Below, one piece after another: positions 12,483-22,386 of a stretch of 64,000 nt of DNA. Source of the DNA: an uncultured Candidatus Rokubacteria bacterium (GTDB lineage: Bacteria; Methylomirabilota; Methylomirabilia; Rokubacteriales; DASRDR01). Location: contig CAWGVS010000011.1 in the NCBI GenBank assembly GCA_963826115.1, positions 1 to 64,000 on the forward strand. The letters run 5' to 3'. How positions within the stretch are numbered: the first letter of the stretch is position 1; each line of letters opens with the position of its first letter. The translations under genes were made by a program, and so were the position numbers. The notes beneath the pieces are model-generated. The model ran no database searches. It was not told the origin of the DNA and saw nothing but the letters and a program-made list of their open reading frames with translations.

Positions 12483-13349
12483 GTGCGACGATTCGAGCTC
12501 GAGATGCCCACTAGCCTGGAGGAGTGCCTTCGCACGCTCGCCGCGCGCGGGCCGGACGCGAAGCTCCTCGCGGGAGGGACCGATCTCCTCCCCCAGCTCA
12601 AGAACGGGATGCTCCGGACCGGCTGCGTGGTCGACCTGTCCGGGATCGGTCGGCTCCGGCAGCTCACGAGCGCCAACGGATCCGGACTCCGGATCGGCGC
12701 CGCCGTCACCGCGCGCGCGCTGGAGCGCGACCCGCAGGTCCGGGCGACCTACCCGTCGATCTCCGAGAGTGGCGCGCTGGTCGGATCGGTGCAGGTGCGG
12801 AACCTGGCGACGCTCGGGGGGAACCTCTGCAACGCCGCGCCCTCGGCGGACATGGCGCCGCCCCTCCTCGCGCTGGACGCCGAGGCGGTGATCGCGGGGC
12901 CCCAGGGGACCCGGCGCGTGCCCTTCGCCTCCTTCTTCCTCGGGGTGCGCCGCACGGTGATCGCGCCGGGCGAGCTGCTGGTGGAGATCGTGGTGCCGCA
13001 CCCCGGCCCCCACAGCGGCGGCAACTACCGGCGGCACACGCCCCGCCGGGAGCTCGACATCGCGGTCGTCGGCGTCGCGTCAGAGCTCACGCTCTCGAAG
13101 GGAGTCTGCACGAAGGCGCGAATCGCCCTGGCGGCGGTGGCGCCCGTGCCGCTCCGGGCCACCCAGGCCGAGCACGTCCTCGAGGGCCACGCCGTCACGC
13201 CGGAGCTGATCGAGCGGGCGGCCTCGGTGGCCGTGGAGGCCGCGCGGCCCATCAGCGACCAGCGCGGCTCGGCCGACTTCCGCCGCCACCTCGTGCGGGT
13301 CCTGACCCGTCGCACGCTCACCACGGCGCTCGCCCGCGCGAGCGCCTGA
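12483..13349 (+). CDS. Xanthine dehydrogenase/CoxM-family FAD-binding subunit
   Basis: LAGGTDL, VRNLATLGGN, PISDQRGSADFR. Confidence 0.92.
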   Translation: MRRFELEMPTSLEECLRTLAARGPDAKLLAGGTDLLPQLKNGMLRTGCVVDLSGIGRLRQLTSANGSGLRIGAAVTARALERDPQVRATYPSISESGALVGSVQVRNLATLGGNLCNAAPSADMAPPLLALDAEAVIAGPQGTRRVPFASFFLGVRRTVIAPGELLVEIVVPHPGPHSGGNYRRHTPRRELDIAVVGVASELTLSKGVCTKARIALAAVAPVPLRATQAEHVLEGHAVTPELIERAASVAVEAARPISDQRGSADFRRHLVRVLTRRTLTTALARASA

Positions 13350-13371
13350 CGATCCGAGAAGGAGCCATCAC

Positions 13372-13845
13372 GTGCCGAAGCAGGTGCTGAGCTGCACGGT
13401 GAACGGGGAGTCGGTCGAGGTGCTCGTCCAGCCGTACGAGACCCTGCTGGACGCGCTGCGCGAGCGGATGGAGCTCACGGGCCCGAAGGAGGGATGCGGG
13501 ACCGGCGACTGCGGAGCCTGCACGATTCACCTCGACGGTCAGCCGGTGGCGAGCTGCCTGGTCCTGGCCCTCCAGGCCCGCGACCGCTCGGTCCTGACGA
13601 TCGAGGGACTCGCGAAGAACGGGATCCTCCACCCGCTGCAGGACGCCTTCGTCCGCCACGGGGTGCCCCAGTGCGGCTTCTGCATTCCCGGGGTCCTGAT
13701 GGCCGCCGCCGCGCTCCTCGAGGAGACGCCGCGCCCGACCGAGGACGAGATCCGCTACGGCATTGCCGGCAACCTGTGCCGGTGCACGGGCTACACGAAG
13801 ATGCTGGCCGCCATCGACGAGGCCGCTCACGCCGTCCGCGCCTAA
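13372..13845 (+). CDS. Xanthine dehydrogenase/CoxS-family [2Fe-2S] subunit
   Basis: GCGTGDCGAC, QCGFC, GNLCRCTGY. Confidence 0.95.
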   Translation: MPKQVLSCTVNGESVEVLVQPYETLLDALRERMELTGPKEGCGTGDCGACTIHLDGQPVASCLVLALQARDRSVLTIEGLAKNGILHPLQDAFVRHGVPQCGFCIPGVLMAAAALLEETPRPTEDEIRYGIAGNLCRCTGYTKMLAAIDEAAHAVRA

Positions 13846-13870
13846 CCCGACATCGAGGAGCAGATCCGCC

Positions 13871-16198
13871 ATGGCCATGAAGACCACGCGCGATGTGAAG
13901 GGCGTCGGGCTGTCCATTCCCAGGCCGGACGGACCGGAGAAGGTGACCGGGCAGGTGCCCTACGTGGCGGACCTCAAGCCCAAGGGGATGCTGCACGCGA
14001 AGCTCCTCAGGAGCCCGCACGCTCACGCGCGGATCCTCCGCATCGACACGAGCAAGGCGCGAGCCCTGCCCGGCGTGCGCGCCGTGCTGACCGCCGCCGA
14101 CATCCCGGAGCTGAAGAAGAAGGCGCCGACCCGCGCCCACGCGGTGCTCGCCATCGACCGGGCCGTCTTTTCCGGGCAGCCGGTGGCCGCCGTCGCGGCG
14201 GACGAGCTCGCGATCGCCGAGGAAGCGCTGGACCTGATCGAGGTCGAGTACCAGGTGCTGCCGGTCGCGGTGGACCCGCTCCTGTCCATGAAGCCCGGCG
14301 CTCCGCCGGTGGCGGACGCGGGGACCGAGGCGGACACCAGCGAGGCGCTGGCCCACTCGGGCGTGGCCGCCACGAAGAGCGACGAGGAGCCCGCCAAGGC
14401 CGTCAACGTCGCGCAGCAGGCCCACCTCCACCGGGGCGACGTGGCGAAGGGGTTCGCCCAGTCCGACCTGGTGGTCGAGCACACCTACCGCGTGCCGATG
14501 GTTCACCAGGGTTACCTCGAGCCCCACGCGGTGCTCGCGCAGTGGGACAGCAACGGGCTCCTGACCATCTGGGCCAGCACGCAGGGGTCGTTCAACACGC
14601 GCTCCGAGGTGGCCGACGTCCTCCACATCCCCGAGAACCGGATCAAGGTCATCCCGATGGAGTGCGGCGGCGGCTTCGGCGGCAAGATCCGCGCGCTCTG
14701 CGAGCCGATCACCGCGATCCTGGCGCGCGCCACCGGCCGGCCGGTCCGCTACGTGATGACGCGGCGCGAGGAGCTCGAGGCGGGCATGCCTGCGCCCCAG
14801 GTCGTCATCCGCCTCAAGGCCGGCGTCAAGCGCGACGGCGCCCTGATGGCGCTCGAGGGCGAGACGATCCTGGATTCGGGCTCGATCTCGGGCGCCGTGC
14901 TGACGATGAGCCTGGTGTTCCTCGGCAGCCTCTACAAGTGGCCGAGCTTCGACATCCGCGGCTTCGAGGTCCTGACGCACAAGCCGAGCGTCGCCGCCTA
15001 CCGCGCGCCGACGGCGCCCCAGACCATCTTCGCGATCGACTCCCTCATGGAGGAGATCGCCCGCAAGCTCGGTCTCGACGCGGTGGAGTTTCGCCTCCGG
15101 CACCTCATGCAGGAAGGCGACCCGATGGCCAACGGGCAGCCGTGGCAGAGCAACGGCGCGAAGGAGGTCCTGCGCCGCCTGGCCGAGCACCCGCTCTGGA
15201 CGGCCCGCGACGAGTGGGCGAGGGGCGGGGGCAAGAACGGCCACGGGCTCCGCGGCACCGGGCTGGCGGTGGGCGGCTGGATCCCGGGGCTCCAGCCCAC
15301 GGGCGCCACGGTGCGACTCAACCCGGACGGGTCGTTGCAGGTCCTCACGGGCCAGGTCGACATCGCGGGGACGAACATCGGCCTCGCCCAGATCGCCGCC
15401 TCCGCCTTCGGGGTGGACACCGACCAGATCCGCATCACGACGGGCGACACGGACAGCGCGCCGATGACCGGGCTCAGCGCCGGCAGCAAGACGATCTACA
15501 CGGTGGGCGCCGCGGTGATGCAGGCCGCGGAGGACGCCCGCCGTCAGACGCTCGAGATCGCCGCCTCGGAGATGGAGGCCGCCGTCCAGGACCTCGAGAT
15601 CGAGGACGGCAAGGTGGTCGTGCGCGGCGTGCCGAGCCGCTCGATCACGCTGGCCCAGATCGGGAAGAAGGGCAACCTCTACATGTCGAAGGTGCCGCCG
15701 GTGCTCGGCGTGAGCCACATCGCCTTCGCGGTGCAAGCCCCCGCCTTCGCGGCCCAGCTGGCGCGGGTCGAGGTGGATCCCGACACCGGCGAGCTGACGC
15801 TCCACGAGTTCGTGGTCGTCCAGGACGCCGGCAAGGCGATCAACCCGCTGGGCGTCGAGGGCCAGATGCAGGGGGGCGCGGTCCAGAGCCTCGGGTTCGC
15901 GCTCACCGAGGCGCTCCTCTTCGACGAGAAGGGACGCCTCACCAACCCGAGCCTCCTCGACTACCGGAAGCTCACGGCGGCCGACCTCCCGAACATCGAG
16001 ACGATCATCGTCGAGGTGCCGTCGCCCGCGGGCCCGTTCGGCGCCCGCGGCGTCGGCGAGCCGCCCATCGTGCCGGCGCCGGCGGCCATCGCCAACGCCG
16101 TGTTCGACGCCACCGGCGCGCGCATCACCGAGCTGCCCATCACGCCTGAGCGGATCGCGATGGCGCTGGCCTCGGGCCAGGGGAACGGGCACCGGTAG
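13871..16198 (+). CDS. Xanthine dehydrogenase-family molybdopterin-binding subunit
   Basis: RSPHAHARI, GGGFGGK, AAYRAP, VEGQMQGG, GARGVGEPP; lacks the VAYRCSFR motif of true CO dehydrogenase. Confidence 0.92.
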   Translation: MAMKTTRDVKGVGLSIPRPDGPEKVTGQVPYVADLKPKGMLHAKLLRSPHAHARILRIDTSKARALPGVRAVLTAADIPELKKKAPTRAHAVLAIDRAVFSGQPVAAVAADELAIAEEALDLIEVEYQVLPVAVDPLLSMKPGAPPVADAGTEADTSEALAHSGVAATKSDEEPAKAVNVAQQAHLHRGDVAKGFAQSDLVVEHTYRVPMVHQGYLEPHAVLAQWDSNGLLTIWASTQGSFNTRSEVADVLHIPENRIKVIPMECGGGFGGKIRALCEPITAILARATGRPVRYVMTRREELEAGMPAPQVVIRLKAGVKRDGALMALEGETILDSGSISGAVLTMSLVFLGSLYKWPSFDIRGFEVLTHKPSVAAYRAPTAPQTIFAIDSLMEEIARKLGLDAVEFRLRHLMQEGDPMANGQPWQSNGAKEVLRRLAEHPLWTARDEWARGGGKNGHGLRGTGLAVGGWIPGLQPTGATVRLNPDGSLQVLTGQVDIAGTNIGLAQIAASAFGVDTDQIRITTGDTDSAPMTGLSAGSKTIYTVGAAVMQAAEDARRQTLEIAASEMEAAVQDLEIEDGKVVVRGVPSRSITLAQIGKKGNLYMSKVPPVLGVSHIAFAVQAPAFAAQLARVEVDPDTGELTLHEFVVVQDAGKAINPLGVEGQMQGGAVQSLGFALTEALLFDEKGRLTNPSLLDYRKLTAADLPNIETIIVEVPSPAGPFGARGVGEPPIVPAPAAIANAVFDATGARITELPITPERIAMALASGQGNGHR

Positions 16199-16227
16199 AC
16201 CCGACGCTCGCCCCGTAAGCTCCGCGC

Positions 16228-16269
16228 CGACCCCCGCCGGCCTCAGGGCCTCGGGGGTCGACCTTTTTT
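16228..16269 (+). terminator. Rho-independent terminator after the molybdoenzyme operon
   Basis: Stem CGACCCCCG / CGGGGGTCG with inner GGCC/GGCC, followed by ACCTTTTTT. Confidence 0.7.
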
Positions 16270-16367
16270 CGCCCTGCGTCGCGCCACGCAGAGCGTCGTC
16301 CACTCGCGCTCCTGTCCCCATCCGCCCGTCGCGGGGCCGCGCCCGCGGCGGCCTCCACGGAGTCTGT

Positions 16368-16395
16368 TGCTATATCGCATTATTCGAATACAATC
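16368..16395 (+). promoter_or_regulatory. AT-rich promoter/operator for the ArsR-Ehr operon
   Basis: AT-rich patch with perfect palindrome TATTCGAATA (16381-16390) just upstream of the ArsR gene. Confidence 0.5.
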
Positions 16396-16403
16396 GTCTC
16401 GAC

Positions 16404-16757
16404 ATGGCCACGGCCCACGTCACCGGCGAGCTGCAGGCCTTCAAGGCGCGGTTCTTCAAGGCGCTCGCCCACCCGATCCGCATCCGGCTGGTGGAGCTTC
16501 TCGTGGAGCGCGACCGGGCCGTGCAGGAGCTCCAGGCCGCCCTGACGCTCGACCAGTCGAGCGTCTCCCAGCACCTGGCGGTGCTGCGCGCGAACCACGT
16601 GGTGAGCGCCCGCAAGGAGGGTGTGACGGTCCGGTACGCGCTGCGCGACCCCCTCGTCGGCGACCTCCTCGAGGTCGCACGGCGGATCTTCAACACCCAG
16701 CTGGTCGGCTCCCAGGACATGCTGCGCGCCCTCCAGCGCGAGCACCGCCGGCGCTGA
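16404..16757 (+). CDS. ArsR/SmtB family transcriptional regulator
   Basis: FKALAHPIRIRL, SSVSQHLAVLR. Confidence 0.92.
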   Translation: MATAHVTGELQAFKARFFKALAHPIRIRLVELLVERDRAVQELQAALTLDQSSVSQHLAVLRANHVVSARKEGVTVRYALRDPLVGDLLEVARRIFNTQLVGSQDMLRALQREHRRR

Positions 16758-16758
16758 C

Positions 16759-17286
16759 GTGTCGCTCTTCAGCAAGATCCTGAGGGTCGGTCTGGCCACC
16801 GAGCCGCTCGGCGCGGACGACCTGTCGGCCGTCGAGCTCGTGCGGGAGGTGGAGGGAAAGGTGCGGCGCCTGTTCGGCCGGGCCCTCGCGATCCGGGAGG
16901 TGGACGCCGGCTCGTGCAACGGCTGCGAGCTGGAGATCAGCGGCCTGACCGGCCCCGTCTACGACTCCGAGCGGTTCGGGCTCCACTTCGTCGCCTCCCC
17001 GCGGCACGCCGACCTCCTGCTTGTGACCGGCCCGGTCACGCGCAACATGGCGGTGCCGCTGCGCAAGACGTACGAGGCCACGCCGGACCCCAAGCTCGTC
17101 GTCGCCGTCGGCGACTGCGCCCGGACGTGTGGCGTGTTCCGCGGAAGCTACGCCGTCGCGGGCAGCGTCGACCAGTTCGTCCCCGTCGACGCGTTCGTCG
17201 CCGGGTGCCCGCCCGAGCCGGCGGACATCCTCCGGGGAATCCTGGTGGCGCTCGACCGCCTGCCGACCCGTCCGTCCCGGCGATAG
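16759..17286 (+). CDS. Ehr/hydrogenase-4 small subunit (NuoB/HycG-like)
   Basis: GSCNGCELE, ASPRHAD, GDCA, GCPP. Confidence 0.92.
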   Translation: MSLFSKILRVGLATEPLGADDLSAVELVREVEGKVRRLFGRALAIREVDAGSCNGCELEISGLTGPVYDSERFGLHFVASPRHADLLLVTGPVTRNMAVPLRKTYEATPDPKLVVAVGDCARTCGVFRGSYAVAGSVDQFVPVDAFVAGCPPEPADILRGILVALDRLPTRPSRR

Positions 17287-17288
17287 GG

Positions 17289-19328
17289 ATGACGCTCGCG
17301 CCGTCGCTCTTCCTCGTGATGGCGCTCGGCCACGCCGCCGGGGCCCTGGGGGCCCTGGCCGCGCCGAGCGCGCGCGGCGCCCGGGGGTTGGCGACGGCCG
17401 GCGCGCTCGTGGGCGCCGTCGCCGGGCTCGCGCTGGGCCTGGACGCGCTCATCCGGGGTATGCCCTTCCGGCTCGAGCTGCCCGGACTCCTCGCGATGGC
17501 GGGCGGCGTGAGCTTCCACCTGGACCGCCTGGGCGCGTTCTTCCTGGTCGTCGTCGAGGTGGTGGCGGTTCCCGCCGCGCTGTTCGGGGGGGCGTACTCG
17601 CGCCACTACGACGGCACGCCGGCGGGCCGGCCGCTCGGCGCCATGCTGAACCTGTTCCTGCTCGCCCTCGCCCTCGTGCCGCTCGCCGACAACGTGGTCA
17701 CCTTCCTGCTCGTCTGGGAGCTGATGTCGGTCGCGTCCTACTTCCTGGTGCTGACCGAGTCCGATCGCCGGGAGACCCGCGAGGCCGGGCTGTGGTACCT
17801 CGCGATGTCCCAGGGGGGGCTCGTGCTCCTGATGGCGGCCTTCCTGCTGCTGGCGGCCGGGGCGGCCTCCACCGGGTTCGCCGATCTCCGGGCGGCGGCC
17901 GCGGCGCTGCCGCCGTCGACCCGCGACGCGGCGTTCGTCCTCGCCCTGCTCGGGTTCGGCTCGAAGGCGGGCCTCGTGCCGCTCCACGTGTGGCTCCCGC
18001 TCGCGCACCCGGCTGCCCCGAGCCACGTGTCCGCGCTGATGTCGGGCGCCATGATCAAGGTCGGCGTCTACGGGCTCCTCCGCGTCGCGCTGGATCTCCT
18101 CGGCGGGGGCCCGCCGTGGTGGGGCGGCGTCGTGCTGACGGCGGGGGCGGTGTCCGCGCTCCTGGGCGTTCTCTACGCGCTCATGGAGCAGGACCTGAAG
18201 CGCCTGCTCGCCTACTCGTCCGTCGAGAACGTCGGGATCATCGTCCTGAGCGTCGGGGCCGGGATGCTGTTCCAGAGCTACGGCCTCACCACGCTGGCGG
18301 TGCTGGCGCTCGTCGCGGGTCTCTACCACACGCTCAACCACGCCTGCTTCAAGGGCCTCCTGTTCCTCGGGGCGGGCGCCGTGCAGCACGCCGCGCACAC
18401 GCGCGACATGGAGCAGCTCGGCGGGCTGATCCGGGGCATGCCGCGGACGGCCCTCTGCATGCTGGTCGGCGCCGCCGCCATCGCGGGCCTGCCGCCGCTG
18501 AGCGGCTTCGTCTCGGAGTGGCTCGTGTTCCAGGCCCTGCTGGGCGGTCCCAAGCTGCCCCGGGCCGAGCTCGGGCTGGTGATGGCCTTCGCCGTGGGCA
18601 TGCTGGCCCTCGCGAGCGGGCTCGCCGCCGCCTGCTTCGTGAAGGCCTTCGGGATCAGCTTCCTGGCGCTGCCGCGCTCGTCGCGCGCCGCCGAGGCCCG
18701 GGAGGTGCCGGGCTCGATGCAGGCTCCGATGGCATTCCTCGCCGTGGTCTCGCTGGCGCTCGGCGTCCTGCCGTCGCAGGTCGTGCCGGTGCTCGGGGCC
18801 GCGGTCGCAGGGCTGGGCGGGCTGCCCGGCGGCCTCCTGACCGGGGTGCCGCGGCTGACCCTCGAGATGCCCGGCGCCGTCGGCGTCGTCACGCCGGCCG
18901 CCCTCGCCGCCGGGCTCGTCCTGGTGCCGCTGGCGGTCCTGGTCGCCTTCCGGCTGGGGGTGGCCGACCGGCGCCTGCGCGTGGGCGACACGTGGGGATG
19001 CGGCCGGATCGGACAGACGCCGCGGATGGAGTACACGGCGACCGCGTTCGCCGAGCCGCTCCGGCGGGTCTTCGCCGAGCTGTACCGTCCCACCGAGGAC
19101 CTCTCGATCGACTTCCACCCCGAGTCGCGGTACTTCGTCCAGTCGATCGCGTACCGGAGCCAGGTCCATCCCTGGTTCGAGCGGCGCCTGTACGCGCCGG
19201 TAGTGTCGCTGCTCCGCCGGACGGCCTTCCGCGTGCGGTGGCTCCAGGCCGGGTCGCTTCACCTCTACCTGCTCTACATGATCCTCGCGCTCGTCGCGCT
19301 CCTCCTGGTCTCGCGATGGACGAGCTGA
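17289..19328 (+). CDS. hyfB: Hydrogenase-4 component B-like proton-translocating subunit
   Basis: WELMS, KAGLVPLHVWLPLAHPAAPSHVSALMSG, WGCG. Confidence 0.88.
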   Translation: MTLAPSLFLVMALGHAAGALGALAAPSARGARGLATAGALVGAVAGLALGLDALIRGMPFRLELPGLLAMAGGVSFHLDRLGAFFLVVVEVVAVPAALFGGAYSRHYDGTPAGRPLGAMLNLFLLALALVPLADNVVTFLLVWELMSVASYFLVLTESDRRETREAGLWYLAMSQGGLVLLMAAFLLLAAGAASTGFADLRAAAAALPPSTRDAAFVLALLGFGSKAGLVPLHVWLPLAHPAAPSHVSALMSGAMIKVGVYGLLRVALDLLGGGPPWWGGVVLTAGAVSALLGVLYALMEQDLKRLLAYSSVENVGIIVLSVGAGMLFQSYGLTTLAVLALVAGLYHTLNHACFKGLLFLGAGAVQHAAHTRDMEQLGGLIRGMPRTALCMLVGAAAIAGLPPLSGFVSEWLVFQALLGGPKLPRAELGLVMAFAVGMLALASGLAAACFVKAFGISFLALPRSSRAAEAREVPGSMQAPMAFLAVVSLALGVLPSQVVPVLGAAVAGLGGLPGGLLTGVPRLTLEMPGAVGVVTPAALAAGLVLVPLAVLVAFRLGVADRRLRVGDTWGCGRIGQTPRMEYTATAFAEPLRRVFAELYRPTEDLSIDFHPESRYFVQSIAYRSQVHPWFERRLYAPVVSLLRRTAFRVRWLQAGSLHLYLLYMILALVALLLVSRWTS

Positions 19329-20266
19329 TGCGCGTGCTTGCCGCCGCCGGCCAAACGCTGCTGGCGCTCGTCCTGGCGCCGGGCCTGGTGGGGCTGATCC
19401 GCTGGATGAAGGCGCGGCTCCAGAACCGCCGCGGCGCTCCCGCCTGGCAGCCGTACCTCGAGCTGCGGAAGCTCCTGGGCAAGGAGGTCGTCGTCTCCCG
19501 GAACGCGTCGTGGCTCTTCCGGGCCGCGCCGTTCGTGATCTTCGCCAGCACGCTGGCGGCGGCCGCCCTGGTGCCGGTGCTGGCGGCGCCGCTGGCGTTC
19601 GACCCGGTGGGCGACCTGATCGCGCTCGTCTACCTCCTGATGCTGGGGACGTTCGCCCTGGCTCTCGCGGGGCTCGATCCCGGCTCCGCGTTCGGTGGCA
19701 TGGGGGCGAGCCGCGAGGTGACGGTCGCCGCGCTCGCCGAGCCCACCGTCGGGCTGGCGGTGTTCGCGCTGGCGCTCAGCGCCGGCTCCACGAACCTCGG
19801 CCGCATCGTCGCGGCGACCCTCACGGACCCCGCGAGCGCGCTCAGCCCGGGACACCTCCTCGCGTTCGGCGCGCTCTTCATCGTCACGCTGGCCGAGACC
19901 GGCCGGCTGCCGGTGGACAACCCGGCCACGCACCTCGAGCTCACGATGATCCACGAGGCCATGGTCCTCGAGTACTCGGGGCGGTACCTGGCCCTGATCG
20001 AGTGGGCGTCCGCGCTCAAGCTCCTGGTCCTCTTCGCCCTGCTCGGCAACCTCTTCGTGCCGTGGGGCGTCGCGCGCGAGCTGACTGCGGGGGCCCTCCT
20101 GGTGGCCGCCGGGAGCTTCGTGCTGAAGCTCCTGGCTCTCGCCGTGACCGTGGCCGTCTTCGAGACCCGCGTCGCCAAGCTCCGGCTCTTCCGCGTCCCG
20201 GAGCTCCTCAGCGTCTCCTTCGTCCTGGCACTCCTGGCTGTTTCCTCCTCCTTCCTCCTGCGCTGA
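19328..20266 (+). CDS. hyfC: Hydrogenase-4 component C / HycD (NuoH-like)
   Basis: KARLQNRRG, GMGASRE, ETGRLPVDNPATHLELTMIHEAMVLEYSG. Confidence 0.88.
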   Translation: MRVLAAAGQTLLALVLAPGLVGLIRWMKARLQNRRGAPAWQPYLELRKLLGKEVVVSRNASWLFRAAPFVIFASTLAAAALVPVLAAPLAFDPVGDLIALVYLLMLGTFALALAGLDPGSAFGGMGASREVTVAALAEPTVGLAVFALALSAGSTNLGRIVAATLTDPASALSPGHLLAFGALFIVTLAETGRLPVDNPATHLELTMIHEAMVLEYSGRYLALIEWASALKLLVLFALLGNLFVPWGVARELTAGALLVAAGSFVLKLLALAVTVAVFETRVAKLRLFRVPELLSVSFVLALLAVSSSFLLR

Positions 20267-20269
20267 CCC

Positions 20270-20926
20270 GTGGACGCGACCTTCTCCCAGCTGACCGTCC
20301 TCGGGTCGAGCCTGATCCTGCTGCTCGGCCTCATCCTCCTCTGGCGCCGCGGCGTCCCCGCGTACGTGAGCGCCTTCGCGTGGCAGTCGAGCGTCCTGGC
20401 AGGCGTGACGGCGGTCGTCGCCCACTACGGCGGGCGGCGGGACCTCTACTGGGTGGCCGCGCTGCTGTTCCTCGTGAAGGGCGTCGCGATCCCGTGGCTC
20501 TTCCGACGCATGGAGGAGCGCTTCCGGACCGAGCGCGAGCTCGAGCCGTACGTGAACACGGCGACCTCGCTGGTCGTGGCCGGCCTGCTGGTGCTGGTGG
20601 GCTACGGGATCTCGCGCCCGCTGGTGGCCCTGAGCCGGCTCCCGACCCGCGGCGGGATGCCGCTCGCCATGGGCCTCATCCTGGTCAGCCTGTTCGTCCT
20701 GGTGAGCCGCAAGAAGGCGATCACGCAGGTGATCGGCTTCCTGATGCTGGAGAACGCGCTGGCCCTCCTCGCCGTCCTCGGCACGTACGGCATCCCCCTC
20801 ATCGTCGAGCTCGGCGTGTTCCTCGACGCGCTCCTCGGGTTCCTGGTCATGCAGATCTTCGTGTACCGGATTCACGAGACGTTCGAGAGCATGGACGTCG
20901 AGCGGCTGAGCCGCCTCCGGCACTGA
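20270..20926 (+). CDS. hyfE: Hydrogenase-4 component E-like membrane protein
   Basis: KAITQVIGFLMLEN, PLIVELGVFLD. Confidence 0.85.
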   Translation: MDATFSQLTVLGSSLILLLGLILLWRRGVPAYVSAFAWQSSVLAGVTAVVAHYGGRRDLYWVAALLFLVKGVAIPWLFRRMEERFRTERELEPYVNTATSLVVAGLLVLVGYGISRPLVALSRLPTRGGMPLAMGLILVSLFVLVSRKKAITQVIGFLMLENALALLAVLGTYGIPLIVELGVFLDALLGFLVMQIFVYRIHETFESMDVERLSRLRH

Positions 20927-20934
20927 GGGCGACC

Positions 20935-22386
20935 GTGCGCCTCTTCGGCTTCCTGCTCGGCTCGCCGCTCCTCGCCGCGCTGATCGCCGCCGTCGCCGGG
21001 CGCCACCGCCGGGCCGCGGGCTGGGCCGGCGCGGGCCTCTCCGTCGTGTCGCTCGGGGCGGCCCTCGCGCTCGGACGCCGGGTTCTCGCGGACGGGGAGG
21101 TGGTGGCCGGCTGGCAGGACGTGCTGCGGGCCGACGCCCTCTCGGCGGTGCTCGCCGCGTGCGTGGCGGCGGTCGCCGCCATGGCGGCGTGGTTCGGCCC
21201 CGGACTCGGGAAGGACGACGAGCCTCGGCGGGCGCGGCGCTTCCAGATCTTCGTCAACCTGTTTGCCTTCACCATGCTCTGCGCGGTCACGACCAACAAC
21301 GTCGGCCTCATGTGGGTGGCGATCGAGGCGACCACGATCACCTCGGCGATGCTGATCGCGCTCGACGTGAGCAAGGCGTCGGTCGAAGCCTCCTGGAAGT
21401 ACGTGTTGCTCGGGTCCGTGGGTATCGCGCTCGCGTTCGGCGGCACGGTGCTCGCGTACTTCGACTTCGCGGGCCTGGCCGACCCCCAGGAGGCGGTCCT
21501 CAACTGGACCGTGCTCCGGGCCGCGGCGCCGTCGCTGCACCCCGAGGTCGTCGAGCTGGCGTTCGTGTTCATCCTGGTGGGTTACGGGACGAAGGCCGGC
21601 CTGGCGCCGATGCACACGTGGTTGCCCGACGCCCACGCCGAGGCGCCGGCTCCGCTGTCCGCGATGATGTCGGGCGTGCTGCTCGCGGTGGCTCTCTACG
21701 CGGTGATCCGGTGGCGGGCCGTGGTCAGCGCCGCCGTCGGGCCGGCGTTCCCCAACCGGCTGCTCGTGGGTCTCGGCGTGCTGTCGCTCGTGATCGCGGC
21801 GTTCAGCCTGCTCCTCCAGCGGAACTACAAGCGGATGCTGGCGTACTCGAGCATCGAGCACATGGGCCTCGTGTGCGTGGGACTGACTCTCGGGCCGGCG
21901 GGAGCGGTGGCGGCGACGCTCCATCTCGTGAACCACGCGCTGGCGAAGGGCGCGATGTTCCTCCTCGCCGGGCGGATCCTCCACCGGTACCGGACGACGG
22001 ACATCGCCCGCGTCTCCGGACTCCTCCAGACGATGCCCGGGACCGGCTGGCTGTTCCTGGCCGGAGGCCTGGCGCTGATCGGCCTCCCGCCGTTCGGCCT
22101 GTTCGTCTCGGAGCTCATCCTGCTGCGGGCCGGCTTTGCGGCCGGCCGGACCTGGCTCATGGGGGCCGTGCTCGCGCTCCTCGCGGTTGCCAGCGTCGGG
22201 CTCGTCGCGCACGCGAACCGGATGCTGTACGGCCCGTCGCCGCCCGGCGTCCCGGTGGGCGAGCGCGAGCCCTGGCGGCTCCTGCCGCTCGCCCTGTCCT
22301 TGGGGGCGCTCGTCGTCCTCGGCCTGACCGTGCCCGCGCCGCTGGCGACGCTCCTGACCCGAGTCGCGGACATCGTCGGGCCATGA
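20935..22386 (+). CDS. hyfF: Hydrogenase-4 component F-like proton-translocating subunit
   Basis: WVAIEATT, EASWKY, GYGTKAGLAPMHTWLPDAHAEAP, YSSIEHMG. Confidence 0.88.
   Translation: MRLFGFLLGSPLLAALIAAVAGRHRRAAGWAGAGLSVVSLGAALALGRRVLADGEVVAGWQDVLRADALSAVLAACVAAVAAMAAWFGPGLGKDDEPRRARRFQIFVNLFAFTMLCAVTTNNVGLMWVAIEATTITSAMLIALDVSKASVEASWKYVLLGSVGIALAFGGTVLAYFDFAGLADPQEAVLNWTVLRAAAPSLHPEVVELAFVFILVGYGTKAGLAPMHTWLPDAHAEAPAPLSAMMSGVLLAVALYAVIRWRAVVSAAVGPAFPNRLLVGLGVLSLVIAAFSLLLQRNYKRMLAYSSIEHMGLVCVGLTLGPAGAVAATLHLVNHALAKGAMFLLAGRILHRYRTTDIARVSGLLQTMPGTGWLFLAGGLALIGLPPFGLFVSELILLRAGFAAGRTWLMGAVLALLAVASVGLVAHANRMLYGPSPPGVPVGEREPWRLLPLALSLGALVVLGLTVPAPLATLLTRVADIVGP

Noticed and set aside
13871-16198. 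Aerobic CO dehydrogenase (CoxL)
   Set aside because: The active-site loop is AAYRAP rather than AYxCSFR, so only a generic xanthine dehydrogenase-family call is supported.
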